Assembly: GCA_001643675.2 (NCBI GenBank)
Contig: LSRY02000063.1
Coordinates: 248,001 to 312,000 of the forward strand
Source of the DNA: Monocercomonoides exilis PA203
Taxonomy: Eukaryota > Protista > Preaxostyla
Direction: 5' to 3'
DNA length: 64,000 nt
Position numbers and translations under genes: made by a program. Positions 33,648 to 48,000 of the stretch are shown in pieces. Positions within the stretch are counted from its first letter, which is position 1. Each line of letters begins with the position of its first letter. The notes beneath the pieces were generated by a model. That model saw only the letters and a program-made list of their open reading frames with translations. It ran no database searches and was not told where the DNA came from.

Positions 33648-34884
33648 ATGCAAAGTCAAGTTTATTATAATCCAACAAAGGTATTTCAAATGGAAGTTTT
33701 CTTCAAGGGTTCACAATAATAAATGTACTCATCGATAATTTTAGGTGATATTTGGCTCCTCAAGCTATGAACAGCTTTGTGAAGAAATAAAAAAAAGCGG
33801 AATCAAAAAGCTATTAATTGTTTTTGGAAAAGAGTCTGCTAAAATTACTGGTGTATACGATCGTATTAAGAAATGCCTTGCGATGAATGGCATCGCTGAT
33901 GAAGAATTGTGGGGAGTTCAACCAAATCCTTTGATTTCTAAAGTTCGCGAGGGGATTGCAATATGCAAAGATAAAACGAAGTGCATTGAAGGCGTTCTTG
34001 CTGTTGGAGGAGGAAGCGTTATTGATACGTCAAAGGCAATTTGTTTCGGTTCAAAGATGGAGAATGACATTTGGGAGATATTTTGCGGGATGAGCCTTCC
34101 TCCACCAGAAGGTCTTCCCTTATTTGTAGCATCAACTATTTCAATGACAGGATCTGGACTAAATAATAGCGCTGTTATTTCAAACCCTGAGAGTCATTCA
34201 AAGCTACCAAGTATTTTTGATTATCCGAAGATTTGTGCAATTGATCCAACAGTTGAAATGAGTCTGCCTTGGCGCCAAGTGATGTGCGGAGCTGTGGATG
34301 CTCTCTCACATTTGATGGAAAATTACTTTTCGATGGATAACAAAAATATTACAACACGACAGATCAATCTAGCTCTGCAAAAGTCCGTTATAAAGAGCAT
34401 TGAAAGAGTTAAAGCGAACAAAGAAGATGTTGAAGCAAGAGCAAACTTCTGCTGGGCTGCATCATTAGCGCTATCAGGACTGACAGTGTTTGGCCTTTCT
34501 GGTGACTGGAATGTCCATCATATTGAGCATGCTCTTTCTGCCTTTGATGAAAAGATTGCCCATGGAGAAGGGCTGGCTGTGATATCGTTGGCATATTACC
34601 CGCAGCTGTATGCGAAGGATGTTTGCAATGAGATGTTTGAGGAGTGGGCGCTGGAGGTGTTTGGGAAGAAGGACGTGAAGGAGGCCTTTGCAATGCTGAG
34701 GGAGCTGTATGTTTATTGGGGTGCGCCTTTGACTTTGCAGGACTTGAAGGTTAAACCTGAAGACATCGAAGAGATTGTGAAAATCGAGCAAGAGCAACAA
34801 ATGCTTGGAGCTGCGTCTGACTTGTGGTATTTAGATGAAGAAGATGTGAAAAATATTCTTCTTGCTTCTGTTGCTCAAAAATAG
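33648..34884 (+). CDS. Iron-containing alcohol dehydrogenase (butanol dehydrogenase/YqhD-like), 390 aa, 2 exons
   Basis: join(33648..33680,33745..34884). A 64-nt GT-AG intron restores the family N-terminus YYNPTK|VIFG. GVQPNP and AVGGGSVID are present, as are the metal ligands in DALSH, HHIEH and AHG. Confidence 0.95.
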
Positions 34885-36082
34885 AAAACGTTCAATTTTT
34901 TAACTTTTTAATTTTGATTTCTTTTATTGAATCTTTTAATAGATTGTTAAATGGTTGTCTTTTTTGTTTATTAATGATTGTAAATTTGGTTATTACGGAT
35001 TTGCTTTTTTGTTAGAAAAAGATTATTCATTTATTTTGTTTTGTTTATTTTTTTTTCAATTGATCTTTTTATCTTTAACATTTTGGCAGTTCTAATTTTT
35101 ATTAATTGTTGTTTGACACATTGCTTTTTGAATTATATGAAAGGAGATGGATATGCAATTTAAAAAAGTTATTTCTGCAAAAGAAGTATACAGAAATCGT
35201 TTGGCATAAAAACAAGCCATTTTTCCTTTCGCTTTTTTATTTTTTTATTTCTTTTTCATCCTTCTTTTTAGGTTAAAAAAGAGTATTTCAAGTTAAAAAT
35301 GAAAATCTGTCAATTTTTTGGGAATGGTATCCAAAGAATCATTATTTTCGATTCAAAAGAGTTGTGAATGAAATGATTAGTTTGAAAAGAAAGAGAAAAA
35401 AATAAAATAAATTTTCTTTTAAAAAAGAAAAGAAAAGAAAAGAGAGTTGTTCCACAAAATACGGTTAATCCGAAAAAAACTCTTTGTCAAATTCCAAATA
35501 AAATGCAAGACAAAATAAAAAATAAGTGCAATCAAGCGAATCAATTGATTGAACAAAATCATGTTTGTAAAATCTACGCTTGAAAAATAGTGAGGATTAT
35601 TTGAAATATCTGGAAGATAGGACAGTTCAATGAAACAACAGATATAAAAATCATTTAAAAAGAGGGGAATGTTGAGAACTTTACAAATTCATTCAAAAAA
35701 TGAAGAAAAATGATAAAAAAAACAAAGAAATGCTTAAAGTTTTCTTTAAGCTGGAATAGAATAGCGCGAAATATACAAATCTATACGAAGAAAGAATTCA
35801 ACTTAAGATTTGTTCTCAAAGAATAAACAAATAAAACAAGTATTTATGCAAAATATTCATTCCTGAATATTTTGTGATGCAAATTTCTGCTCCGATAAAT
35901 TGATCGTATTCGCAAATCGAAAAAATATCAAAGAAAACGTTTTTAAATTCAAAATTGTTTTAAATTCTTAAAAAAGACAGAAAGAAACAGAAATATTAAT
36001 TATTATTAATATTATTAATATTATTAATGAACACAGAATCCATTTAAAAACAATTCTGTTTTCAATTCCTTTCCCTTTGTTC

Positions 36083-39000
36083 CTATCCTTCCAACAACGA
36101 ATCAATGAAATTTTGCATGTCTTCATCTTCTTCTTTCTTATCTGCTGCCTTCTTCTTCTTCTTCTTTCTCTTTTTCTTCTTCTTCCCTTCTTCTTCCACC
36201 TTTTCTTCCTCTGGTAGTTTTTCCTCTTCTCCACCTCCAATCAACTCATCGATAAAGTTCCCATTCATAATCTCGTTGAAAACTTCTCTTTCTTCTTCTG
36301 CTTCTGGACTCAAACGTTCCTGTTTTGTAATATCTTCTTTCTTCTCTTCTTTGTCTTCTTCTTCTGTTGGCTGAACATTTTGCATCAATGTATCATCATC
36401 ACTTAATTTTCCTTTTTTCCCACCTGATTTGGATTTCTTCTCTTTTTTCTCTTTCTTCTCTTTCTTTTTCTTCTTTTTCTTCTTTTCTGCTTTCACTCCT
36501 TCATTTGAGTCTTCTTCGTGTTCGTCTGCCACAGCCAGCATGTCTGTAGGGATATCGTCATTGGCAGGCGGAGGGTTGAATGAAGGTGTTGAGAATGTTG
36601 ACACTGTGGAATCTAGTTTTGAAGATATATCAGAAGATGAAGGAGTTTGCTGAGACTCTTGAGATGCAGAGGAAGAAGAAGTGGAAGAGAAAATGGATTC
36701 AGCAAATCTCAATTGTTCTGTTTGAATATCATTGAACTGTCTGAAGCTGCCAGGATACTTCTCAGATATGTTTAGAGAAGCAGAAGGCAGCAAGCCCTCC
36801 TCATCAGATGCCTGCTGCTTATTAGCATTTCCCTCGATATCTCTCTTCCCTTCGTTCTGAACAAGAAGAAATGAGTCCACATCAATCACACTCTCCGCAT
36901 TTTCCAGCAGGTTTGCCGTCGAAGCCATGCCCGAGCCAATCGGGTCAATCAAATCAAAATTCACTTTGTGTCCTTCGATTCCTCCATTTTCCTTCTCAGC
37001 CTGCTCAGAAGACGAATACGACTTCGTTTCAGACTCAGCCAAAGGCGAAATGACTTCAACACACAGAGTCTGGCTGTCGTCTCTTTTGCCCCTCTTTCCA
37101 TATCCTGTGTAATCTGTGCACTCTTCATCAGCAACCAAGCTTTCTCCACTTATTCCTCCATGTGACAGCTCCATTTCCTGATCAAGTTGCTTAGCTTGCT
37201 TCTTGGACATGTTGCTTGAGTCATCGTCAAAGCTAATTTCGTGGAAGCTGTTCTTTCTTTTCCGTAGAGTCAAGACAACAACCACAACAACCAGCACTCC
37301 AACCACTGCGACTACTGCAATCACGATGAAGAGAATCATCCAAATGGAAATCGTGCTTGAGCTCTGCACAGTCCGCTCTTTTATTTCTGTTTCAGTCCGA
37401 CTCGCTGGCTCCTTTTCTTTGATTGTGACGCTTGAGACTTGCTTTTCTCTGCCATTTGCATCTTTCAAAGATAGAACAATGATAGCTTCCTGGTTTGGCT
37501 CTAAGCTTTCCTTATGAAATGTGCTGTCTGTTGCTTTGGCTGTCGTCTCATTGATCAAGTTCAGATTCAGTTTTGTGACTTTTGTTTCTGAGATGTTGTT
37601 TCCTTCTGAATATGTGTTCACGACAAGTGATGATGTTAAGTTGCATGGAAGAAAAAGTGACCCATTGAAAGTGAAGATTGTGTTGCCAGCAGACTCCTCT
37701 ACCGCAACAGAATAAAGAGAAGGAATAAACAAAGGAGACGCCCGCTGAGCTGGAATCCCAGTCAGTGTGCATCCTTCATTCAAAATCCAAAGTGAAGTGT
37801 CTTTCTCTTGCCCGTCTCCTCCTTTCAGACTTTCAATGTTTAATGTTCCAGAATCAGAGCAGATGACGTTGTGCCGAACTGAAGGATAGCCAGAGATAGA
37901 TGGATTGTTGTTGGCAAACATCCCCATTTCAATGTGAACATCACATTGCATTATTTTCACCCCGCCAGCACCAAAGTTTGTGAATGATGAATCTTTCAAT
38001 GAGACTTTGCTGTTTGAAAACTCAACAGCACAACCATCCCAAAAGCAGATCTGTTCTTCTATTTCATTTCTTTCATTCAACTTTGTGTTTGTCTTCGTCT
38101 GTTCTGCAGCAGCATTACCAGCAAATGAGCAGAATTCAAATTGAGCCTTTTTCACATTCTCCAATCTGCATATGCGTCCTTCCGATGGCACAGAACAGTT
38201 AGTGATAGAACATCCAGTCATACTCACAGCCAAATTGGATGAGCCATTCAGATCCAAGATGCAGCCAACGGATGATTGCTTGTAAGCAACCTTGCTGATG
38301 TTGGAGTATGAAAGTGTTATATTCTGCGATTCTTCTTCATTCATGTAAGATTTCGAAACCTGAGCAAACGATGAAGCTGCTCTTAGGATTGAGCCGCCTT
38401 CTTCAAGGGCAACTTCTTTTATGTTCAAACGATCTAATGTAATGGAACCAAGAACATTGTGAAAGTGGAATATCGTTCTTGCTTCAATACTTTTTGCTAC
38501 GACGTTTTCCATTGAAAAGACAGTGTTTGAAACTGCAAATAAACTTGATGTTCCATTACATTTCGAAAGAGTAATGTTCTTCATCTGAACAACTTCCACT
38601 GAATCTGAAGAAACTAACGAGTTATTACCAACCAAAACGTTAGTAAATAAAACTTCCTCGCATCTAAGCGATTTAATGCCTGTTACATAAATGAAAGAGT
38701 TTTCAGTGCCGATCGAAGAAAAGTTTGATTTCAGAAACGTGATTGAACTTGCAGTGGGATCAGCTGAGAGAACATGTTGGAAAAGAGACAAGTTCTCAAA
38801 GCTTGTTTCTTGTACTTGTAATGTTCCTTCTTCCACTTGAAGCAGATTCGCATCCAGTTTATTGTCTTTGATGCCGCTGAATGAGCAGCTGGATATAGAA
38901 AGTGTTCCGTTGTTTTGAGAAATAATAGTGTAATGATTGATAACATCTGTTTCTATTCTGACGTTAAGTCTATCTAAGCCAACAGTGTTGCGTGTATTGA

Positions 39001-42000
39001 TAAGATTTTCATTGCTTCCTATCTGAACAGCAGGCTGGTCCAAAACAAGCTCCGCTGAGCTGCTGTTCTCCGCGGGCTGAAGAGAAACTCCGTCCAAATA
39101 GACTTCGCCTCCGATTTCTGTCTTCTCGTAAACAAACAGATATTGGAAGCGGCTGTTGTTCAGATGTTGTACACCGAGTGAAAGGCTTTTGCATGGCTCT
39201 ACATCTGACCCGCACACACGCATGTCTGTGCCAAGCGTGCTTGACAGATATATCTGGCTTCCCTTGAAGAACACGATAATCTCATACAGATCAATCAAAA
39301 AGTTCTCTTCCCCTGCTATTTTCTTGCTGATATCCTCTCCAAAGATTGCCTTGTCTCTCACAAACGAGTGTGAGCTGAAGTCCATGCTGAACAAGTTCTC
39401 GCTAATCTGCTTCTCAACTGAATAGCACACGATGAAGATGTCTCGTCCGTATTGTGCCGAGTTGTGTGTGAAGCGAAGTTCGCTGAAGAACAGCGGCAGT
39501 TCAGGCAATGTGTACAACTCAGGTTCCTTTGACTTGTTCATCACACAGTCAATGAAAAGCGCTCCACCATAGCCATTTGCAGCATCGCATGAGCAAAGTG
39601 TGAATGTGCACTGAGAAACAATCAGCTTTCCGGAATTAATTGTGTTGCTTTCGCCATCATCAATCGTATTTGACTGCTGGTCTTGTTCGGCGAGAAGCAA
39701 ACGGAACACTCCACCTTTCAAAGATGGACTGCTGCATTCGCTGAATGAAGAATTTGTAATCTTCATATCTGCAAGGCTGAAGTCACCCATCGAAAGAGCT
39801 GCAGATCCGTCAGTTGATCCTCTCACCACTTTTTGGAACGTGCAATTCTCCACATTAACAGGAACAAATCCATTTAATTCGTGCTGATTCTTCAGATAAT
39901 CTCTATTTCTTCCTGTGTTTCTTGTCTTGGATGCTGGATCTGCGGTTGCCCATTCAATGACACATCCATTCGTCAGTGTCACTTCGTCCAGCTGAAGCGA
40001 AGAAAGCACAATTTTCTGCACATCAGAAGAGACTTTGAAGATGCTCTGAGTGAACTTTGTGAAGAACGTTTCGCAGCGATTGATTTCAACAGAGCCTGAA
40101 AATGCACTTATTACGAGATAGTTGCATTCTTCTCCATTTGCAATTGCACTGAAAGTGCAATATTTCAATGAAAGTTCTCCATTTGATGAAGAAACAAAAG
40201 TATTGAGTCCATTTTCAAATGCAGATGGAAGCACAAATTCGATTGCATAAACAGATAATTTGCCTTCGTTTATCACAGCAGCATTTGAGCCATCTGCTTC
40301 TTCATTTGAAGGCTCGTCTGGTGTTTCTGGGTGAGTCAGCAAAGAACTGTAGTTGAACAACGCCTTTGTGGGAGCTCTTGTTGATCGCGGATCAAACGCT
40401 GTTTCACAGAAAAGAGTGTCAGTCAAGTTGAGAATGCTGCTGCAGTTGAACTTTCCTGTTGCCAAAACCGAGCGAGATGGTTCAGAATTTTCTTTTCCCT
40501 CAAAATTCCTCTTCTGTTTGAGTAATTCACTGCTGACACGTGCATCCGCTTCTGAAAAGTGCTCCATGCCCACCGCAAGTGTTGAGCAAGGTAGCTTTTT
40601 CATTCCACAGCCACGGATATCCTTTCCCGTCTCCGATGACAGATAAAGATGTGCACCTTTCCACTCCTCAAGAAACATCAGAAGCGAAATCGCAGTTGCG
40701 AAGTTCTTTGTATCCTTGCCCATAAACAAGGTGCTGTCAGCTTCATCGGCATATGGATCGTCATATGCAAAGTTAAAAGATGCATATGTAATCGAAGCAT
40801 TCAGATCAAATCCATTCACAAACACGTTTTTCCCTTCCTTCGCTTTATTCTCTCTGAAGAAAACGCTCTGCAGAATAAAGTTTTCGTTCTGTCTGCTTGT
40901 GTCCAGATACAAAAACCCTCCTTTCCCGCTTTTTTCGTCGCATCTGCAGTTCATTGCATTCGTCTGATACTCTTCAGCAGGTTTTATCCGAATTGATCCG
41001 CCTTCCAACAGCGTCACACCCAAGCATCCACCAGATGCGCAGGTTGGCGCTTCAAAACTGGTAAAAGTGCAGTTTTCGAATGTGAATGGAACAGCTGTCA
41101 TCACATTTATCAGAAGAGAGGATTGATGATAAGAAGACTGAGAAGTGCTGGCAGAGTCGTCTAAGCGTGTTACAGAGGAGAAAGTGCAGTTGGAGTATTT
41201 TTGATAGAATGAGTCGTCGTTTCTGCGAGAGGTTGAAGCAAAAACTCCAGATGCGTATGAAATCAGAGAGAAAGAAGGAGAAGATGAAGTAAGATTAATC
41301 GTAGTTAAACTGAAATTGCTTAAAGCAGCTGGAACAGCTTGTGACAATGAGAATAAAGATACACAAGTTTGAAGAGGGGAAATAGTCACGGATTCGATAA
41401 TAAGCCCGCCACGAATGACAGAAAAGAGAATCATCTTGTTTGATACTGTCCGGTCATTGTCAGTTTTTGAATTGAAAGATGACTCAGATTTGCTTGAAGA
41501 AGAAGAAGAAGAAGAAGAAGAAATTGGGTTAGCGACAGAGTTAAAGAAATTGAAGTTGCAGGAAGACACATTCAAAGAACCTTCCAACTCAGCAGAATTA
41601 ATAAACGAATTAGGCGTGGCGTAACTGAACAGAAGTGGAATGTCAAAGTTCAGATGGCTCAAGTTAACCTGGTTCTGCACTTTCATCACGCTTTCTGGAT
41701 TCTTTAGTTCCACCTCCGATGGGAAGACAACTGTTGATTCTCTGTCTTCACTTGTCGGTCTCAAAATAACTGAGTTTAGAGGGAAGTTGCCAGTGATGAC
41801 AGCTTTGTTCTGCACGAAGAGCATTCGCACAGTCACATCCTCTGCGAATTTCAAATGGCGCACCGAATAATCGAGTGTGAGGCACGGATTGCTGCTCTGC
41901 CCGCAGTAAACACCGTTGCTCCCCGCGTCGCTGATGAAGATGGTGAAGTCTTCGAATCCCTGGAAGAAAATGAACAGGTCAGTAAACTCTCCCTCTGGGG

Positions 42001-45000
42001 TGGTGGCGTCGCTGCCCATGAGCGAGTTCGACTTGTCTGCAAAGAGCGACCCCCATCCAAATGACGACTCGTTCACATACGCACTCAGGCTGCTGCAGGA
42101 CAAGTAGACATCCCTGGCAACATGTGCAGCGTTGCTGGCGCAGTAGATCTCGTCCAATTGGAAGTTTTCATTGCTTCCTTCGCTGCACTCGATGAACAAC
42201 CCTCCTCCTTTCCCAACCTCAACACTGCACTCGCACCGCACCATCTCCAAAATGCTCACTGCGAAGCTACCATTTTCCTCGAGGTGCACTCTGAAGAAGC
42301 CTCCTTCGTTGCTCTCTAGTGACTGGATCGTGTTCACAGAGCAGTCTTTGATAGAAAGTGGGAATGCAACTGGATCTCTAATGAAGACACTGAGTGCTGA
42401 TTCACCAGAAGTGCTGACGTTGATCGCCGTAATGTTCTGCAGAACACACTGCATCTTCTCATTTGCTCTCGATTCTGTTGATTCTGATTGTTCAATTGGG
42501 CTTCTAATGAAGGAAATCAGTGAGACACTTGAAGTGAATGCAACGTTGCTCAAAGAAAAGTAATCAAAGAATGAATCAACAGCTGGGTCGAGTTCAAACA
42601 GCGATTTTGAAAATGCCTGGTTTTTGATGGTGATTTCGTTGAAAGTCGCTTTTCCGCCTCTGACAACAACCAGCTTCACGGCAATCTGTTCGGATGAATC
42701 AGAAGCCCGTTCAAATGCGCAGGAATCGATTGTGAGTGAAGATGAAGGTCCAGTCGATTGAATAAGCTGCGTTTGGCCAGATGAGAACTCACAAGGCACA
42801 GCTATGCTGAGTGCATGCAATGCGAGATTGGACGAACTTTGCAGCACACTTTCGTTTGAAACTTGCGAAGAAGGCGATAAAAGTGGAGACTCAAAAGTAA
42901 CAGTTGAATAGCCAGCATTCTCTTCGCCTTGGATAGTATACCCAGACAGCTCCAGAGCAGATGTTATTTTCATTGCTTCGACAACAAACATCGTTTTCGT
43001 TTGAGTGTCGGTGAAGTGTTCAATTCCCTGTAGCATCGATGAGCAGGGCAGCTGACTTGTGCCACAACTGTTCACATCGAAGCCATGCAGCGAAGACACA
43101 AAAATTGTATCCGACTCGTAATGCACCAGGAAAATGAGCAGGTTTATCGGCTCGTATGTGAAGTTAAGGCTATCCATCCCCACAAATGCATTCCCTTCAT
43201 CCAGCCAGTCTTCGAACGAGAACGCAAACTTCTCCAACTTCACTGCAGCCAGAAGCACATCGCAGCGCAGGAACAGGTTCATCCCTTGGTATGCTGCGTT
43301 GTCAGCGAAAGTTGTGTCAGCGAATGCAAAGTCTGTGTTGTTGCCCTGTGCGCTCAGATAGCAGAACCCGCCTTTACCGAATGTTGTGGAGCAGCTGCTT
43401 GATTCGATAGCCGATGGGCTTTCGGCCGAGTTGCCTGCCACTTTCAGAGAGCTGCCTTCGTTCAGACTCACTTTCATTCCTCCACCTTCTGTGCACATGT
43501 GCGACAGCAGTCCATTCACAGAACAGCCAACCAGCTCAAAGGAAGAGGACAAGGGAAAGTTCATCAGTGTCGAAATGGTAGTTCCGCTGTCTGCTGATAG
43601 CTTCTCAAATGAGCAGTTGAGGAAGTGAATGCCCGATGAGGCGGAGTTGTGCTGATACGATTGGAAAGCTGCTGTTGGAGAATCAATGAGAGAGCATGCG
43701 CGGAAGACAATTGATGAGAAATTGCAGCGATTGAAAGTGTGCAGATTGATTTGACTCAAAGAGAAAGGATTGTTGCTGAAGCTGATGTCCTTAAGCGTAC
43801 ACGACGTCATCTCCAGTCTTCCGTCTGATGAAATCACAAGTGAAAACAAAAGAGGCCCCGAATCATCACTCGCTTTCTTAAAAGAGCAATCTGTCAATCG
43901 TGTGATTGCTTCTGAGGATGAGATCAAAATGACTGACTGGATGTTTGTTGTAAATCGGGTTGGAAGCAAAAAATCAATTGAAGCAAAAGAGCACAGCCAA
44001 TCTGCTGTGAAAGTGGAGAACTCATTTCCCGATGAAAGAGAAGAGTTAATGTTCAGCTGAGGCGTTTCAGATCCAAATGCCACGAATGAAATGTTACATA
44101 AATCGAAGTGTGAGCCAACGTCAACTCGGGAATGAGTAATAATCTTCTTTTCTGTGCTATCTTCGGGAATATTCTCCAGCCCCATCAAAAGCGTGTGGCA
44201 CGGAAATTCCTCAAAGCCGCAGTTCAACACGTCGTATCCGTATTCTGAAATGTGCAAAGTTTCTGATGAGTATTGAACCAGAAACATAATCAGATCAATT
44301 GACTCAAAAACCGAGTCACAGCCAACATATGCGTTCGATCCAAAGCACTCGGTGCCGTCTTCTTCCAGTCTGATTTTGGCTGCAGAAACAGAAGAATTCA
44401 AAGAGTCGAACTCGAAGAAGAGATTCCGTCCGACAAACGCTTTGTTGTCAAAATATCGCGAAGCTTCGAGAAAATCAAAATCACCTGAGCTTTGCCGCTT
44501 GCTGAGAAACAGAAATCCACCTCTGCCCGACACCTCATTGCAAATGCAGTTCTGGGCAATGCATCGCTCCACGGTCAGCATCCCGCCTTCATTCAGGGCA
44601 ATGTTGACAGCTCCGCCATTTTGATCATTCGAGCTGCGAATATCGCTGAAGTTGCACCCAATCATCAAAACGCTTCCAGCCAACGTGCTCGAAATGAGTG
44701 CGCTGCTCGCTTCTTCTGAAGATGCCTCACATCGTAGAAATTCTGAGCTGTTCAGTTTTATCGTGCTTCTTTCTGGAATCTTCGGGAAAATGGGGCATTT
44801 GGAAATAATGTTTTTCACTTGGCATTCATTCATTGATATTGTAGTTGATGCGCTTAATTGAAAAAGCGACTTCTTCGAGAAAAGCTCTTCTGATCCAATT
44901 ACGCAGCGCTCAAAAGAAACTGCCCCTTTGATAATATTGACGATGCAATAGCTAATTTGTACATCGGATTCGTTTTGTTCAAAGAAAGTTTTTCTAAATA

Positions 45001-48000
45001 AAAGATCACTGGATGCTGTGAACAAAGACGATTGCAAATTTTGAGCTAATGGCAGCAGAATTCTCATTTCATTAAATTTCAGTCCATCGCTGTTAGTTAT
45101 GACTGTTTCCATGACATTATTCGGTAATTGGAACATAAGCGAAGAGTTTGTTCCATCAGTTGTGGAAGATATTGTCAAATTCGATAAATCAATTGTTTGG
45201 CTGATAACTGCTTGCTTTTCAATGGAAATTGTGATTGTTTCGTTATTTCTGTCGAGTATTTCATTTATACCATATTCCAAAGTTAAGCAGGGATTTGAGC
45301 TGTTTCCGCATTGAAACCAGTCAATTCCCTTGTCAGCCTCTGAGTTCTTCACAAACACATTCGACAGATGCGTTATCATCAGCGGAATAAGATCAAGGTG
45401 CACATCTTCGTTTTCTATGTTGCAGCCAAACAGCTTGTTATTCACATCGGTGGTGGGTGTTAACATGTCTCCAAATTTTTCAAAGCTGACGCTTGCTTTC
45501 AAGTTTAGTGCTTTTATGTAGATGTCTCTTCCATATCTCGCACCGTTATCTTCAAATGTGCATCTGTCAAAGACAAAATTATTCGTATTCTCTTTCAGCA
45601 CGAGAAGAGCACCTCCTCCTTTCCCGACAGAAGAGCTTGCTGTGTTTGACTGCACTGTACATAGTGTCATGCGATAAGATTTGCCTGCTCCAACAGCAAA
45701 GGAGATAGCTCCGCCGTCAACAGAGTTTGGACAAGAAGAATTCTGAAATCTGCAGTTGTAGGCATCAAAGCTGCCGCTGCTCGTTTCTGACAACAGCGCA
45801 AAGCAAGAGCTCGTCCGCTTATCAGAACACACGCTTGTGAAATTGCTGCTGGAAATGTTGACATTCTGGTTCAATGAATTTATGCCAGACTGAGAAAAGA
45901 CGCCTGTGCTGGTAGAGGCGAATGTGAGATTGCAGAAACTCGACCGAGAAATGCTGATGTTGCCAGCATCGAGAACAAACAGAGAGCGCGAACACTTCAG
46001 CACTCCGAGTGAATTAAACGAGGAGTTTGTGAAGGAAAGCATTCCATTCGTTATGTCTACCAAAGAAATAGGAAACGTAATTGATAAATCGCACTGAAAC
46101 GTGCAGTTTTCAAAGCTCTGTGATCCATTTGTGACGTTCAGCAAGCACGTAACGGCTTTGCTGGCTAATGTTGCATCAAACGAATAAGAAATTTTTATCG
46201 ATTTAAAATTGTTGTTTGAAACGAAAATTGATTTCGAATTGGATTGAACATTTCCTTTTGAAATAACAGCAGCACTTGAGCTTGAATCATTTCGTCGAAG
46301 AATGACGTTTGTAATGTTCACCCCAAACTGTGTGACTTCAATGCTGTTGCCCACATAAATAGTTCGCGAAGAACCGCTTGAAAGGCGTTGCACTGCCTGA
46401 TTGATTGATTTGCAATGTGCAAATGTTGAGCCGCAAAAGATTCCGTCGCCACGAGACGCGTTCGATGCATGAACTGTCGTGGAGGTGTATCCAAATATAA
46501 ACGGCATCAAATCAAAATCTCCTTTAAAAGTCGCATTGTCGCTTCCGTACCAAGCATTTGTTCGATTATACGTTGGTTCTGAACTTATAGCAGGCGTATA
46601 CAACGCATTCAGATTAGCTTCAGGCAACTTTGGAACAAAAATGAAAACATCCCTTCCATAACGAGCTTTATTACTCAGAAATTGGCATCTAGATATTTTC
46701 AAATGAGATAAAGCCCCTGTTGTTGAATAATAAATTGCTCCTCCTTTTCCGCTTGCCTCATTGACGCTGCAACTTGTAAAATTCGTGCTAGAAATATTAA
46801 CATTACAGTTATCACTTGTTGAAAAGAATACACCCCCCAAAGTGTTTGCAACACTCTTTTTAGCTGCGAGTGTGAATTGGCAACCAGATATTGATAGCGT
46901 TTTTGGGTATAAACTGTTTGAAATGAAAATAGCTGAGCAATTCTGCGTTGACACAATGTTTGTAAAGTTGGAATTGTTAAGCGCCAGACCCGTCACACTC
47001 TGATCCAGCTTGAATATATAATGCGCACTTATTCTGATGCTTTCCATTATCACTCTCACAAATGATACAGATCCGGTGCTGAACTCAAAAATTGAATTGA
47101 TCGATGACTCGTAGCCTCCGCCCATGGAATACTTCACTTCGACTAAAGTCAATATAAAACTGCCTCCGTATCCTCTAATGCACGGAATATTATTACGGTT
47201 TATGTTAACAGCAAAGCACTTCAAATCAGCCGACACACGCCCTTCAATGTTAACCATTGAACCATTATAATTATTCAAGTTAAATACGCCTCCATACCCA
47301 CAGCCCCAAACAACGACATTCCCCATTTGTGAAGACTCGGTTATGCTCCACGGTTCTGTTTCATAGTATTGGCCTTCGTACATGAATATGTTCTTGGGAT
47401 AGCGAGGGCGACGATTGTGGATGGCTCCGTTGACTGAATAGCATGCAGTTTCATAGCTAAATCCGCAGTTAACAGCAAAAGTTCCACCTGACCTTACCAC
47501 CTGGTTCATGTCCATCAGCTTCAAATTAGCATAATAACTGTTTGTTATATAACAGGTATTATCTTCATGGGTCGTGTAGCTATTGGGGCACGAAACTTCT
47601 GAAACGTCGCTGTTACTATCAAGTTTATACACGTAAATATCTGCGCCCTTTTCTTTCGCACTACAGTAATAGAAAGCAGTATTCGATATAGTTGCATAGA
47701 AGCACTTCTCAACGTAAATTCCGCCTCCCCAATCTGCGGAACAGTTCTCAAACACGCAATATTTAACTGTTAAGTTATAATTATTTCTTAAGAACGTATC
47801 GCCATCAAAGTAGATTCCTCCGCCACAATACCCATTACAATCTGTAAAAATAGTTGATGCTACATTAGCATTAGTACCGGTATAATTTGATAGTGCAGTT
47901 GATCGATGATAAGAACGAGATTTTTGTTGTGAATGAGTGCATCCTATAAATTCGCAATCAAAGCATGAATATTCCATCGAAGGAAGGATGCAGGATAAAC

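Noticed and set aside
32267-34884. Bacterial contamination or chimeric assembly
   Set aside because: Both bacterial-type genes are interrupted by spliceosomal introns of the same style as neighbouring genes.
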